Part shown: in pieces, positions 11,770-24,371 of the stretch
Layout of the letters: each line of letters starts with the position of its first letter
Numbering within the stretch: position 1 is the first letter of the stretch
Source of the DNA: Takakia lepidozioides
Lineage: Eukaryota > Plantae > Bryophyta
Direction: 5' to 3'
Assembly: GCA_030704615.1 (NCBI GenBank)
Contig: CM060734.1
Span: 43,276,001-43,340,000, forward strand
Length of the DNA stretch: 64,000 nt
Notes under the pieces: model-generated
Databases searched by the model: none
The model's input: the letters and a program-made list of their open reading frames with translations, nothing else
Told to the model about the DNA's origin: nothing
Position numbers and translations under genes: made by a program

Positions 11770-13754
11770 TTCTTCCAGCATGTCTGTGATTATTGGACTT
11801 ATTAGTGTCAATTTTTGCTACTTTAATCTATTCATTTTCACCAGTGAGCTCATTTCTTGTGTGTTTTTTCCCTTTAAGTGGAAGGTCGGTACTGGACTGT
11901 GGAGGTAAAGCTTGTTTCTGGATTTAAATAGAAGTGTCCATTCTGTCTTCCCCCTGTTTTTAAGGGTAGAGGTTTAACAGAAATGCAGGTTTATGGTCCA
12001 CTTTAGCAGGCTATTCCACAGGCTTGTAGACATATGGAAAGATGTGCTCATAAGTCTTTCCTTGAGCACTTGAATCACAACCTTCCATACAACCGTTAGC
12101 TGAATACGATCTATGTATTGGTGCACAAACTGTTCAGAGCTCGATGAAGCCAGTTACGGTATTCTGGTCCAGCAAGGGTATGAAAACTGACTTGATCTCA
12201 GGAGCCTCACATGGGGCCTCACATGGGCCTCACATGCCCACTTGGTCATATGCTGACTCTCGAAGTAGTTAGCACAAGGAACATGTTTGATTTACACGGA
12301 CCTCTTTCACCTTCCCTCCTTAGAAGCGTTACTCTTCGAATAGCTCCCTTTCATCTGAAGCAATCTTTGCTCTTTGCCCAGACCATGAACAAGTTATGAG
12401 CCATATCATCTTATCCCTAGACCTCCACCACTTTACTGCCTAAATGTCCATGTGCACTTACCTGATGGGATCACTAAAGCATTGTCTGTATATTCCTGTG
12501 CCAGTCTCCTTAAGAGCTTTTTATTCATGCTGAAACCTCCTGTGTTTCCTGATTCAAATGAACATTATGAAGTTCAGGATTCTCACTATTTCTCCTTTCT
12601 TTGGTCTCTTCTCTCCTACAATGAAAAACCGTTACTCGTTGGGGAAGTGAGGTCAGAAGAGGCAATCCCATGCGACATCGAATCTCTGTTTCTCAATGGT
12701 TTGGTCATTGTGATCGTAACCGCGTAGCAATCTTTTAGGAGGACTATAACTGAACCAATAGCCATATCAACAGCGCAGAAGAAAGTGACATTCCCCTTCG
12801 GTTGAACTTCAACAAGGAGTAGTGTCCTCTTTACCATTGCAAATTACTGGGCCTGGTCAAAACAATGTTCACAATTTTCAATTTCCTATACAAAAGTCAC
12901 AAACTGCTGCAGCAATAGAAGAACAGTACAATGCTCTACAAATGAAGGCTTTTGCAATTTGCATACTGTCCGTTCTCTGGTGTGTTACAATGCCATGCTG
13001 TTGTTGTGAACATTCCTGCAAACAGCAAAGCAGTGGCAATTAATTAGTGCACCGCTTAGTCTAAGCTGCTCATGAAAGACAATTGACACCTGGTAAGATG
13101 GATTGTACTCAGCCTGCCATAGACAGTGAAGTGATGGCAATCAAGGTGACGGACCTTGTCTTCGGACAAGGCTGGAGATAGCAGATATTTGATCCCATAG
13201 CCTCCAGAACCGAACGCACGTGCTCTACCATTTCTACAGCCCCTGTGCAAACATACAGTTAGAAGAAGGTGATCTGAAGAACAATCCCGTTCCAGAAAAG
13301 CTGCTTCCCGACGTTGAAGCTGAAAGACTATCTGGGGAAGCAAAAAAATGTTTAATGCATCGAGTATCAATTTGATGTTCACCACTTTAAACCAAGTTAT
13401 AATGTTCATCAAGTTTTGGATCCCTTGCTGCAGGATCCTGATAAATTGGGTAGTGTGCCTGTCCAACCAGGTGTGGAATCTGCAAGCAACCTAAGCAGAA
13501 ACACCCAAGTCAAACGACTTTTCTTAGTAGTTCTTTGCTACAGGTATCTCCACTCTGTGAAGGCGGTGCAAAAGGAACAATTATTTTGATACATCTGTGG
13601 AGCTGGTTATCTGCAGCGAAACTGAGAGAGGAGATACAGGGTGGGGAGAGTACTTGATGCACTACGGTTGTTATAGCCTTGCGGGGTAGACCCTGCGCCC
13701 AGTTTGCACGGAGCAGAACCGCAACAAGAGAGAAGGGTGAGGACAAGAAGATGT

Positions 13755-16700
13755 TCAGGAGCTCTGGATGATTCCACTTGTCCTCAGCATCTCAACAACC
13801 TCACGCATTGAAGGCCTGTCAGAAGGCAGCTCTTTGGTGCAAAGGACAGCCACTTTCAGCACATGCAGCATCTGAGTCTTCTGCACATTTGTGGCTACTT
13901 GGAGGAGCTTGGGATCCAGAACCACATTACTAAGATTTCCTGCATTTTGCTGAATGGAAGCGCACACCCATGCCACAATATGCATTGATTCTCCAAAGCT
14001 GGGGTCACACGGTTGCTTCCCTGTGAGAAGCTCAAGTAATACTACCCCAAAACTGTAAGTGTCAACTTTCTCTGTAACTTGTGTTGCATAGCCATACTCT
14101 GCAGCAATCAAACGGGATACAATACTCCGTTAGTACACCACATTAACATCTAGAAGAGAAAAGGTGCCAGCTGAAACCGTGACCATAATAGCCTTCATGA
14201 CAACAACACACCTCTATTTTGCTTGGTACCACTAAATATTGAAACGGCCCACTAGCAACAGAGGATTTCATGGAGAGTTAACAGAGTAACATTGATATAA
14301 GAAAATCACGTTAGCAAAGTGTAGTCTTGACCCAAGAGAGGAAACAGTCTAATAACTTCGCTAATTACCAAACTCTCCAGTCAGGAGAGTATATTGACAA
14401 GGGTGGGATGGTAACACAAAGCACAGTGATTTTGCGTTTCCCATTGATCTAAACCAATGCTTAATAAAGGAGCATGGTCACTATAACCTGAGACTTTCTC
14501 TGGCAATGAAAAGTGGTGGTCTATGAACAACAATTACTTAACTCCCTCAAATATGTGAATGGAGACGAGTGGCCCATAGGAGTTCATTCTGTCAGCAGAC
14601 CAAACTCAGTGATGTATATTGCTTGTGAACTCTCAGAGAAATGCACACTTCATGCAAAACATGAAGCCAAAACATGTAACTCACCAGGAGCGATGTACCC
14701 ATATGTGCCGGCAACAATAGATGTGGATGTTGCATACTTGTCTTTAGGTGTGATCGCCATGATCTTCGCAATACCAAAGTCTGCAATATGGGGCTCCAAG
14801 TCCGAATCCAGAAGAATGTTACTGCACTTGATGTCACGATGAATTATGGGAGGGACGTAGTCATGATGTAGATATGCTAAACCGTGTGCTGTACCCAGAG
14901 CAATTCGGAACCTTGCATCCCAATCCAGAATCAAATCTGTCTCCTTTCCATGCAATGCATTGCCCAAGTCTCCATTCGGAATGTAATCATACAAGAGTAA
15001 ACCAGTTTCTCCCCACTTGCAAAAACCCAGAAGCTTCACTAGATTCCGATGCTTTGCACTCCCTATTGTGTCAATTTCCCTCAAAAAACTCTTGTGTACC
15101 TGCTGTTCTTTATCTAAGGAGGCTATTTTCTTGACAACAACTATGCTCCCTGATGGCATGATAGCCTTGTAGACAGTACCCTGGCCCCCCTTCCCAATAA
15201 TGAAGTCAGCACTGAAGTTCTGAGTGGCCTCCATGATTTCATAGAATGACAATTCACTGCCTGGTGCTGAAGTGACTTGAATTGTGATGTCTGCAGCTAA
15301 TGCATCTCGTGCTCTCTTTTGTAGAACCCAGTAAGCCACAACACCTAAGGCCAGCACAAACATGACACAGCTTATGACTATTGCAATGACTACACCGTCA
15401 GCAAGTTTCTTTTCTCCTTTATCATGAGTGACAGAGGATATGGGTGGCATGCACTGGCCATTTGAAGAGTATGGCAGACACAACTCAGGGTTGGCAATAA
15501 AGGAATTTGGAGACTCGTTGAAGAAACGGTCCCATGAGGTTGGCAGAGGACCCACAAGATTGTTGTAGGAGACATTCACCGCCATCAAAGCCCCCATTTG
15601 GGCTAACTGCGAAGATATGTCACCAGAGAGTTGATTGTGTGACACATCCAGAATTTGCAGTTGTGACAAGCTGCCCAGAGACGATGGTATTTGCCCTGAA
15701 AATTCATTACAGCTCAGGTTAAGCTGCTCAAGGTATGACAGACTTCCGAGCTCTGTAGGAATGGATCCTTGAAATTTATTGCTTCCTAGATTCAGAAACA
15801 GTACGTTTTGAAGATTGGTAACAATGCCTGGGACAACGCCTGCCAACTGGTTCCCTTCCAAGTACATATACTGTAACGCTGTCAGGTTCCCAAGCTCCAA
15901 GGGGATAGAGCCATTGAGCAAGTTGTCGCTCAAGTCGAGTTTGAAGAGTTTCTGAGAGCTTCCAAGAGTCGAAGGAATAGCACCAGTGAAAAAATTTGAT
16001 GACAGATTCAAGACATGAAGCTGTGGGAGCTGGCCAAATTCCAGGGGAAACAGATCTCCAGACAACTCATTTTCCCCAAGTTCCAGCAAGCTGAGATTGC
16101 TTCCAGCACCAAGCCCAGGAGGTATAGTACCTCGCAACTTGTTGGAAGTCAACTCAAGATAGTTCAGCGCTGAATTCTTCCCAAAGCCACTTGGAAAACT
16201 TGTGAATAGGTTGTAACCAGCACGCATTCTTTGCAGAGTAGTACAGTTTGCGAGTTCCTGTGGAATGCTCCCTTCCAGCTGGTTGAACTGAATGTCTAAA
16301 AACAACAAATGTCCTCCATGACAGATCCCTGAGGGAAGGGAACCGTTGAGAGAGTTGTTCCGCACATCAAAAGTGTTGAAAGTTAAACTAAATCTGCCGA
16401 AGTCCGATGGTATCTCTCCAGAAAAGTGGTTATCATACAGATAGATCTGTTGTAGCTGTGACAGATTAGCTATCCCAGAGGGTAAGGTGCCAGAAAGGTT
16501 GTTGGAGTTTAGAACAATCTCCACAAGGTTGGCACAGTTCGCAATCTCAGAGGGAATAGAACCTGATAAGCCATTGGCTGACAGCCGTAAGCTTTGCAGA
16601 TTCTTCAGTTGCCCGATCTCACGTGGGATATTTCCTGTAAACAGATTGGTGTCCAGGTGCAAGGCCAATAGCTGCGTGCAAGAAAATATCTGCTTGGGAA

Positions 16701-18260
16701 TGTTTCCTGTCAGAGAGTTATTGTAGACTTCAAAGTACAAGAGGGTCTGATTCCAGTTGCCAACTGAAGGTGGAATGGTCCCATTGAGGTTGTTCACATA
16801 CACTAAGAAATCCTCCAAGACAGGACAACCACTTCCTATCTCCGATGGAATCGACCCAGAAAACTGATTTTGATAGAGGTGAAGACCGATCAACTGTTGA
16901 AGTTTCCCCAACTCCGGAGGTATGAATCCTGTCAGCATATTATTTCCCAGGTACAGATACCACAAACTTGTGCAGTTTCCAAGCTCAGGGGGAATGCTGC
17001 CAGTGAAAGCACTGTCACGAAGATCAAGGTCATACAATTGCTGAAGAGAACCGAGCTCCTTGGGAATAGGGCCTCCCACAGTCTGATTATTCAAAAGAAG
17101 CTCTGAGAGATTCTGTGCATTAGCCAATCCTGGAGGTATGGAGCCCGTGAAGAAGTTACTATGCATCCATATAACAGAAAGGTTTTGAAGCTTGCCCAGC
17201 GCATCTAAGTCTGCAGAAGTGGAAAAGACAGTCCGTTAAAAGTGATTCGTGAAAGGAAAGCTACAACTTCAGTCCAAGCCAACCGATATTGTTTTTAAGC
17301 ACTTGCTTTCCAAGTGTTTGAGTAAATCTTGACTCATCTGACTGCACACAATCACAGGATCCCCGGCCACTCATATTCTGAGGGTCTAGCAGGAGCTAAA
17401 ATCAGTCCGGGCCATCTAGGAACCGATCAAGCGTACAGCCGACAGGGGGAGTTGCTCGGTGGCGGTCATTAGGTCGCGTGTGCGAGCCTGGGAATAAATT
17501 CCCGTGTGTTGCAGAGAGAGAATACAAACCTGATCTAACGTAATCAAAGCCTCCTGTCAGCAGCCCACTTTTGAGGGCGGAGTCTCTCGAGTACGCACAC
17601 ATCATTCTGGTGACCCTTGCATGGAGCTCATGCAACTGACTCCTAGCTAGAAAACTTGCAAGCAAGACTAGATAGCCTCAGTGAATTACCCCATGTGATG
17701 TCGCCTGTCAGGTTGTTGAGGTAGACATAGAACTCCTCGAGATATGTGAGGTTGTAGAGCTCTGGAGGAATGCTCCCGTTCAAGTTGTTAAATCCGAGAT
17801 CCAAAATTCGCAGTTCACTGCAATTACCCAACTCTTTTGGGATGCCTCCGGAGAGACTGTTCAATCCCAAGTCGAGGTTGAGAAGTTGACTACAATTACC
17901 CAACTCTTTCGGGATAGCTCCATATAAACTGTTGTTTCTCAAATGCAGCTCCTCCAAGCCTTGCAGCCTTCCAAGGCTGGGGGAGATAGTGCCCGAAAGG
18001 CCTGCATCGCTCAAGTTTAGAGTCTTGACCGTGAGGTTATCCTTGAGGCAGACAACACCTCCCCAATTACACGGCGATGGATCGGACCCACGCCAGTTTC
18101 CGAGAATAGGAGACGAAATGTTCAGAGCATTCTTGAACTCCAAAAGCGCCTCCCCGTCGTTGGAAATCCCGTGAGCTCCGATGAAGAGAACACTCAAGAG
18201 AGCCGCCATAGCAACAATTCTGGAAGCGACATCACCAAAACCTCCCAGAAATGTTCTCAT
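13755..18260 (-). CDS. Leucine-rich repeat receptor-like kinase (LRR-XI type, GSO/PEPR-like architecture)
   Basis: Exons about 18260-17690 (alternative ATG at 18209), 17210-14685 and 14098-13755. Signal peptide, LRRNT (W..SDPSPCNW.GV.C), more than 20 plant LRRs, TM helix, and RD kinase (GKGGQG, HRDIKCSNILL, DFG, GYIAPEY split by the usual intron). Confidence 0.93.
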
Positions 18261-20233
18261 GGCTGCAGATGGGGATTGTCGCAGGAGAGAGAGTTGAACG
18301 GAACTAGGGAAACAGGGCCTAGGAGCTTCCAGGAACCAGCACACACCGTATATCAAGCAAACTGACAGCCGTGTACCAAAAAAATGCCAACATTTCCAAT
18401 GGCCTCAGATGAGTTCTAGGCGAATCGTCTTCTCCAGGGCGAAGGGGATGAGGAGAGTAGAAGCGGAACTTGGAAGAAGAAAAGGGAAGAGGTCAATTGT
18501 TGATGGAAGATCTCAACGCAGCTGAAAGCCATTTACAACCGAAGGCCAGCATTGTATGGTCTCAAATGGTACTACTTGTCTTCTCAATGGCGAAGAAAGG
18601 AAGAAGGACGAAGGACTCAGAGGAAGAAGGACTCGGTTAGGTCTGAGCTATCCCAGAGCAGACGAGGTTAGGAAGTCCAAGGCACCATAAAGAGAAGAAT
18701 GCTGCAACCTTCGAGGAGAAGACAACATTCTCTTCAGAAGCAACATTTCACTATCTAAATCTAGGTTCCCTTTCGTCTATCTGGAGAGAGAAGGAAAGGG
18801 ACGACGATGGGCGGTGCAGTAGGTGGGATAGGGATGGATTATCAGTGCTTGAACGCTCGCATCCGCCACTAGAGTCAACGCCTGTCACCTGTTTTATGAC
18901 CCCTACACTTTCCACTGCACCTCCTCCACACCTATAACAAAATTTTCTATATTAGAAGCGGATGGGAACAAGGAAGACATGAAAATATAAAGCACGACAA
19001 CTGGATTGGGAATCAATTCTCCACCCCACCGGCCTGTCAGAAAACCCACAACTTTCGATCACTCTCAGCACCACTTTTCTGCAGAACTTTGAAGTGGGTT
19101 TCCAACCGCATCAACCCCACCACAGCCTCACCTGGTATCATTCTTAATGTCATGATCTGGAATGTGTATTCGGAACGTGCACGGGAATGTCCATGATCAT
19201 CACATATGGAAAGTCCGGATGCTGCCCAGAGTGGGGTGAACTAGGCAGACAACACCTTATTATGTGATAACCTGAGCTGGGCTTACTAGCTTACTCCTCA
19301 AAAAGGAAAGGAGTAAGTTTTGGTGAAGGAATTAGTTGACCTGCGTCGTTTTCAATGACAGCACAGGAAACAGTGTGGAAGCAGAGGGAGGAAGAGTGGG
19401 CGATGGTGGGCACCACCATTGCCTGCTGCATCCAACTTCCAAGAGACGGCTCTGCTCTTTGGGCTACCTACCTACCTAGGCATGTGAAATTGGACCTCCA
19501 TGTTTTTCAGCTGGGTTGCCATGCAATCAGAGAGGGGCATTGTTGCAGAACTGGGACCCACAGCAGACATGATGCTTGGCAAGGTCAAGGAGAGGGATGC
19601 AGTCAAACTTGGATTGCAACTGCTACACGTTGGTGGGCTCATAAGGCCGGCCCCTTATTTATAGTGAGAGGAAAAAAATAGAATCCAACTCTTTTGGAAA
19701 CCTGCCCAGAGGACACAGATGAGAACTGCTGAGAACCAAGTAGTGGTTCCGCAAGTTTACATCTTGATAAAATCTTTGTTTCTTCAGTGTAGACTGTTGC
19801 CATACTCTCCTCCAATCATGCTTTGCTTCTACCTCTGCTATAATCAGTAAGAGGGGGATGAAGACTCAAATGTAACTTATGGTATCACTTCAGTCAGCTG
19901 ATGCTTAGGTTGATGCCCTAAAGTCGGCAAAATTCCCCAGTGACTTGAAAGTCCTCAAAAGACCCACATATTAGGTAGATAGTTGACCAAGTACCCCCTT
20001 TTTAAGTATAGTTAGATTGTCTCTGACATCCACTATGATGCACATATGTGGCCTTGTTACACATTGGCAACCTGCTAGATTTTTATTTATTTTTAATTCT
20101 AAATAGATTCATATGCTAGATTCATATTGTTGCTATTAAGCTAATAAAACAGCACATTTTTAATTTCATTTCTTTTATATCTTGTTTGGCGTGTCAGCTT
20201 GGTTGTTTACTTTTTGCAACTATTTATCCAAAT

Positions 20234-20670
20234 GTTCGAACCACTGTTGTACTGGTATCAGTTTCAGGACATACCAGACTGGTCCTACCAGACGTATCAC
20301 CAAACTTTCATACCAGTTTGGTCTATATAATGGTGGATGTATTTTTTCCAGATACTGGTATGAGTATCATGACCACAATACCAGCTGGTATGAGATAGCA
20401 ATTCTGGTATCAATCCAAAGCCATCTTGAATTACAAGTTTATCAAATAGCAAGTATCAAGTGAAAACAAATACAGTGCAGATAAAGAACTAAATATACAT
20501 AATGAGGAAGACGGTGGGGAGTACTGGTATTGTGGCTGGTATGAAAAAACTGATACCAGCCTGGTCTGGTATATGACCAAGTATTCTCCCAAATGATACC
20601 AGACTGGTCTGGTATCTATATGTACATACCAGTCCTTCACCTATTATACCAGTCCAACACAGGTTCGAAC
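20234..20670. mobile_element. Non-autonomous DNA transposon / MITE-like element with inverted ends and many ATACCAG/CTGGTAT motifs
   Basis: Left end GTTCGAACCACTGTTGTACTGGTAT versus right end reverse complement GTTCGAACCTGTGTTGGACTGGTAT. More than 10 copies of the heptamer in both orientations. No clear target-site duplication. Confidence 0.65.
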
Positions 20671-21250
20671 CACCATACTTAGAACCGCAAGTTCTAGAAT
20701 GCGGTTTTTATTTTATGTTGGGTGAAACACACTTTGCGTCCAAAATGTGCATTTCTTGGGTGTTTGATATGGAGTGACCACAAGCTAGCATAAGCTGGAA
20801 AATAAGTTCGCGTAAGTACAATCCACTAAATATGTTTGCAAATGGCTTTGTCATTTTCCTGTAGCAGGCCCCGCAGCCTGCAGAACGCCATTGCATTTCA
20901 TCCAAGAGTAGAAGACATGTTTACAAGAGGGAAGAGAAAGAAAGAAAATGAAATGATGTTCGTTGAAGGAAAAAACCCAAGCGTGAGTTGGTTGGTGAAG
21001 CCAGGGATTCTGCTGTTCGTGAGCAGATATTGGGAAGGTACGTTTGTGATTCTCAAACATTGTGATGTTGTTTCATTCACATTCTAGGCGATATGCTAGC
21101 CTTGTAGCCCAACTTGAGCACAACCATTTCCTAGATTCACCTTGTGTAGCATTTGCGCATGCTTCTCTTTGTCAACATATTTAATCTTGCAATGTCATAC
21201 GGCTGTGGAGAGCTACTTCACATGCGGACATCAAATAGAGAGGTCAGATT

Positions 21251-21754
21251 ATAACTTTTTGTCACCACCTTTGATTTGAATGAAACTTGAAAATAGAGGT
21301 AGAAAATGAAGTTGGCTTTTCAAAGACATATTACACATTACAATTGATTGAGTTGACAAGAAATGGGAGGCACAAATGCACAACAAGGTCGTGCAGCTAA
21401 ATACAAACAAGATGAAATGGAAGGGGCTCAGCTTTTTGGACATAACTTTTTCTCACCACCTTGGAGTTGAATGAAACTTGAAAACAGAGGTAGGAAATGA
21501 AGTTAGCTTTCCAAAACCATATCACACACTACAATTGATTGAGCTGACAAGAAATGGGAGGCAAAAATACACACTAAGGGCATGCAGCCAAATATTACAA
21601 ACAAGATGAAATGGAAGGGGCTCAGCTTTTTGGACATAACTTTTTCTCACCACCTTGGATTTGAATGAAACTTTAACATAGAGTTAGGAAATGAAGTTAG
21701 TTTTACAAAGACATATCAAACACTACAATTCATGGAGTTGACAAGAAATGGGAG
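21251..21754. repeat. ~192-bp tandem repeat, about 2.6 copies
   Basis: ATAACTTTTT(G/C)TCACCACC starts at 21251, 21442 and 21636. Confidence 0.9.
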
Positions 21755-22332
21755 TTATAGCATGAATTGGGCTTCACAAGGAAAGCTCTTAAATGAAAAA
21801 GGATCATGTTGACAATGACTCAATATCCAGACTTGCGGCATGCTATTTGTGGTACCACGTTCTTCCTCTAATTTGTCCTTTCCCTAGCATTAAGTAAGTC
21901 TGATAGGCCCCACCCCCGAAAGGGGGCAGTAGCCATGAGGCGAAGTGGCTCTTAGTTACGTCGGTTTTGGCTAGAGTCTTCTGGCTCTCTTATGTGTGTC
22001 TGCGAGAGTGTTTACACGTCATGCAAGATTCTTTGCTCTTTCTCTTCTTCCCCTCACATTGTGCTCCCTCACAACCTGATCATGGCCTTGTCAAAACTTC
22101 AGACACATATCATTGTTTTATCAATATGGATTATTGTGATGCAAGCCATGAAGGACATTATCATGCCAATGGAACTTTACGGTGGTCTGCCAATATCCAG
22201 TAATTATCATTTGTACAGTTCTTTCCCATTTTCTCACAAATGCTTACTGCATTACAGCTTTCAAAGCATCGACGTATTAGTTGTCCATGGTATATTGAAG
22301 ATATACCCTATTCTGATCCCTTACGATTCAAA

Positions 22333-22880
22333 CAATTTTTTTCATGTGAGCCCTAGTACATTTGAGTATATATGTGATTCTTTTAGAGAAGATTTAAGTG
22401 CATGCCCTCCTGCTCCATTGGATACTTTGCCAAATATAAATTCTTAGTTGAGAGACAGGTGGTTGTTGCTCTTAGAAGATTTGCCACTAGGGATTTGCTT
22501 TTAGGGATTGGTGAATTATTTGGTTTGGCCAAACTAATATTTATCCACATTATTTGGAGATTTGTGGAATCACTGAATAGAAGAGCCCAACACCAGTTGA
22601 CATGGCCTACTGGTCAGCGAATGGAGAAGATCAAGAAAAACTTTCAGCAATTCCGTGGTTTACCAAATTGTTGTGGGGCAATTGATGCAACTCATTTTCT
22701 TGTTGAATTACCCCTTGGTTGTAATTCAACTGCATATAGAGATTACAGAAATGGACAAAGTGTTTCAATGCAGGCAATAGTGGATTCAGAGTTGCGATTT
22801 CAAAATGTTTTTGCAGGATGACCAGGTAGCATCCATGCTAGCCGTTTATTCAAAAACTCTGGTTTCTATAGAAATGTTGT
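22333..22880 (+). mobile_element. PIF/Harbinger transposase (HARBI1/ALP1-like DDE nuclease) relic
   Basis: FFHVSPSTFEYIC, ERQVVVALRRFAT, GLPNCCGAIDATH and MQAIVDSELRF..VFAG*PGS. Frameshift near 22445, in-frame stop at 22819, truncated downstream. Confidence 0.88.
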
Positions 22881-23724
22881 TTGTAGAAAGGGAACATAGG
22901 CCCCGTTACTCAAATTAAAATAGAAACGAATATCCTCGATAAACAATTAGGCGATATAATCTGGGGATCCTCCTATGGCTGCCATCATTAGCCTTACCGT
23001 CACTCAAAGAAACCAACTGAACTTAGCAGATTCTCTAGTTCGCCTAGTTCACTCTTCGTTGGATTATCCTTCACGGTTTTTCCTGAGTCTGTGCCTCATG
23101 GCAGCCTTCCTGCTTCAAAGGGTTTTAAATTTTCCCTTCAATAATCATAAATAAAGCTCTCAAGGCCTGTAATGGCTAGATTCCACCTACCTTCTTTTTC
23201 GACATCCGGATGAACGTCAGACAATGAGAAAAGTGGATGAATGACCGTTATGAAAAAGGCTTGGATGAATCTAGTGGGATCTATTTTTAGACTTGTTTTA
23301 TGTTAACAGCTAGCTTATCCCAAGATTAGGCTATGTGGCATCCCATTTGGATGAACACCTGGGTGTAATATGGTAAACCAATCATGTATGTTCAGTGTGA
23401 TAATCCCTAGTGAGTGTATGTGCTGAATGAACTGTGTGTGAACGGATGTACTCACAAATTACATGTTACGCTCTGAGTCCTCTACGAATGATCCTGTCTA
23501 CCTCGCTTGCCTGCTTTGCCGAGCTCACATCCCCGTGCTAGCTCAATACCCGTAGAGGAAGAGGAATAACCGGGTGCGCGATAATCTGGTTTCACAAGCC
23601 TTCCTCCCCTTTTTCCATTATAGATTTTCTTTTAAAGGGAACATGGGATCGACAGCCCACAATTCAGGCCCTTGCTTGAGGAAGGGGGAAAACTGACCTC
23701 CTTTCATTTATGGGCCATGAGACC

Positions 23725-23858
23725 TACAGGACGAACCCCAGACAGACCGTCACAGGAACAATCCACACACAGACGGAGCAGGGCAGCTGGTTTGAACCCC
23801 AAACCACCAAGGTGACACACTGTGCCCTTACCAGCTGAGCTACCAACTGATCTAGCCC
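23725..23858 (-). mobile_element. tRNA-derived SINE-like element
   Basis: Minus strand has A-box-like TAGCTCAGCTGG and B-box-like GGTTCAAACC, followed by a non-tRNA tail. No proper acceptor stem. Confidence 0.5.
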
Positions 23859-24371
23859 ATTTCCATTTATTTTTTCAAAAAAAAGAGAAAGAGCACTGAG
23901 TGCCACCCAAGTGACTCTGGGCTCAAAATCCTGCGATGGTGATCAGGCATCGTCGTCTCCCTACCCCTCTCCCTGCCATGCACCGGCACCCCCTTCACAC
24001 CTCTGATGGCTGCTGTTAAGTATTCGCATCAAATGCCGACGGACGAGCAGGAAAATGTCTTGTTTCTCACAGTCATGGATGATGCACGGGACGAGATTCT
24101 AACATGTGAACGCTGCATAACTTATTTAGTGTGGGAGAGTGTGCATTGCTGACACAGTAGAGCGTCCCTTGTTATCACCTTCCCCTTTGCTTATGTCGGT
24201 AGGTAGCAGGCTGCAGCTCACAGGGCCCACTGCATCTCACACAGTGCATCCCAAAGAACCCAGTTTTTATTGTAGTGGGGTGATCTGCTTAGGGGCCTGA
24301 TTACTGGGTGGTGAAGAGGTTGGTCCTCAACACATTTGCCTTTTAGTCACAGTCCTTGTAGGATCCACGAG

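Noticed and set aside
12203-12237. Short GCCTCACATG triplication; similar micro-duplication at ~28772-28825
   Set aside because: Ordinary slippage products with no further structure.
13056-13746. Minus-strand ORFs downstream of the kinase
   Set aside because: No recognisable domain; likely 3' UTR or intergenic.
20708-20905. ORF with AGCGACY resembling an expansin motif
   Set aside because: No other expansin motif (GACG, HFD, signal peptide) in any nearby frame; probably chance.
21251-21754. Repeat array considered as CRISPR
   Set aside because: Long contiguous units with no unique spacers, no cas genes, and eukaryotic context.
23780-23850. Possible tRNA gene
   Set aside because: A and B boxes are present but the acceptor and anticodon stems do not pair; treated as SINE-like.
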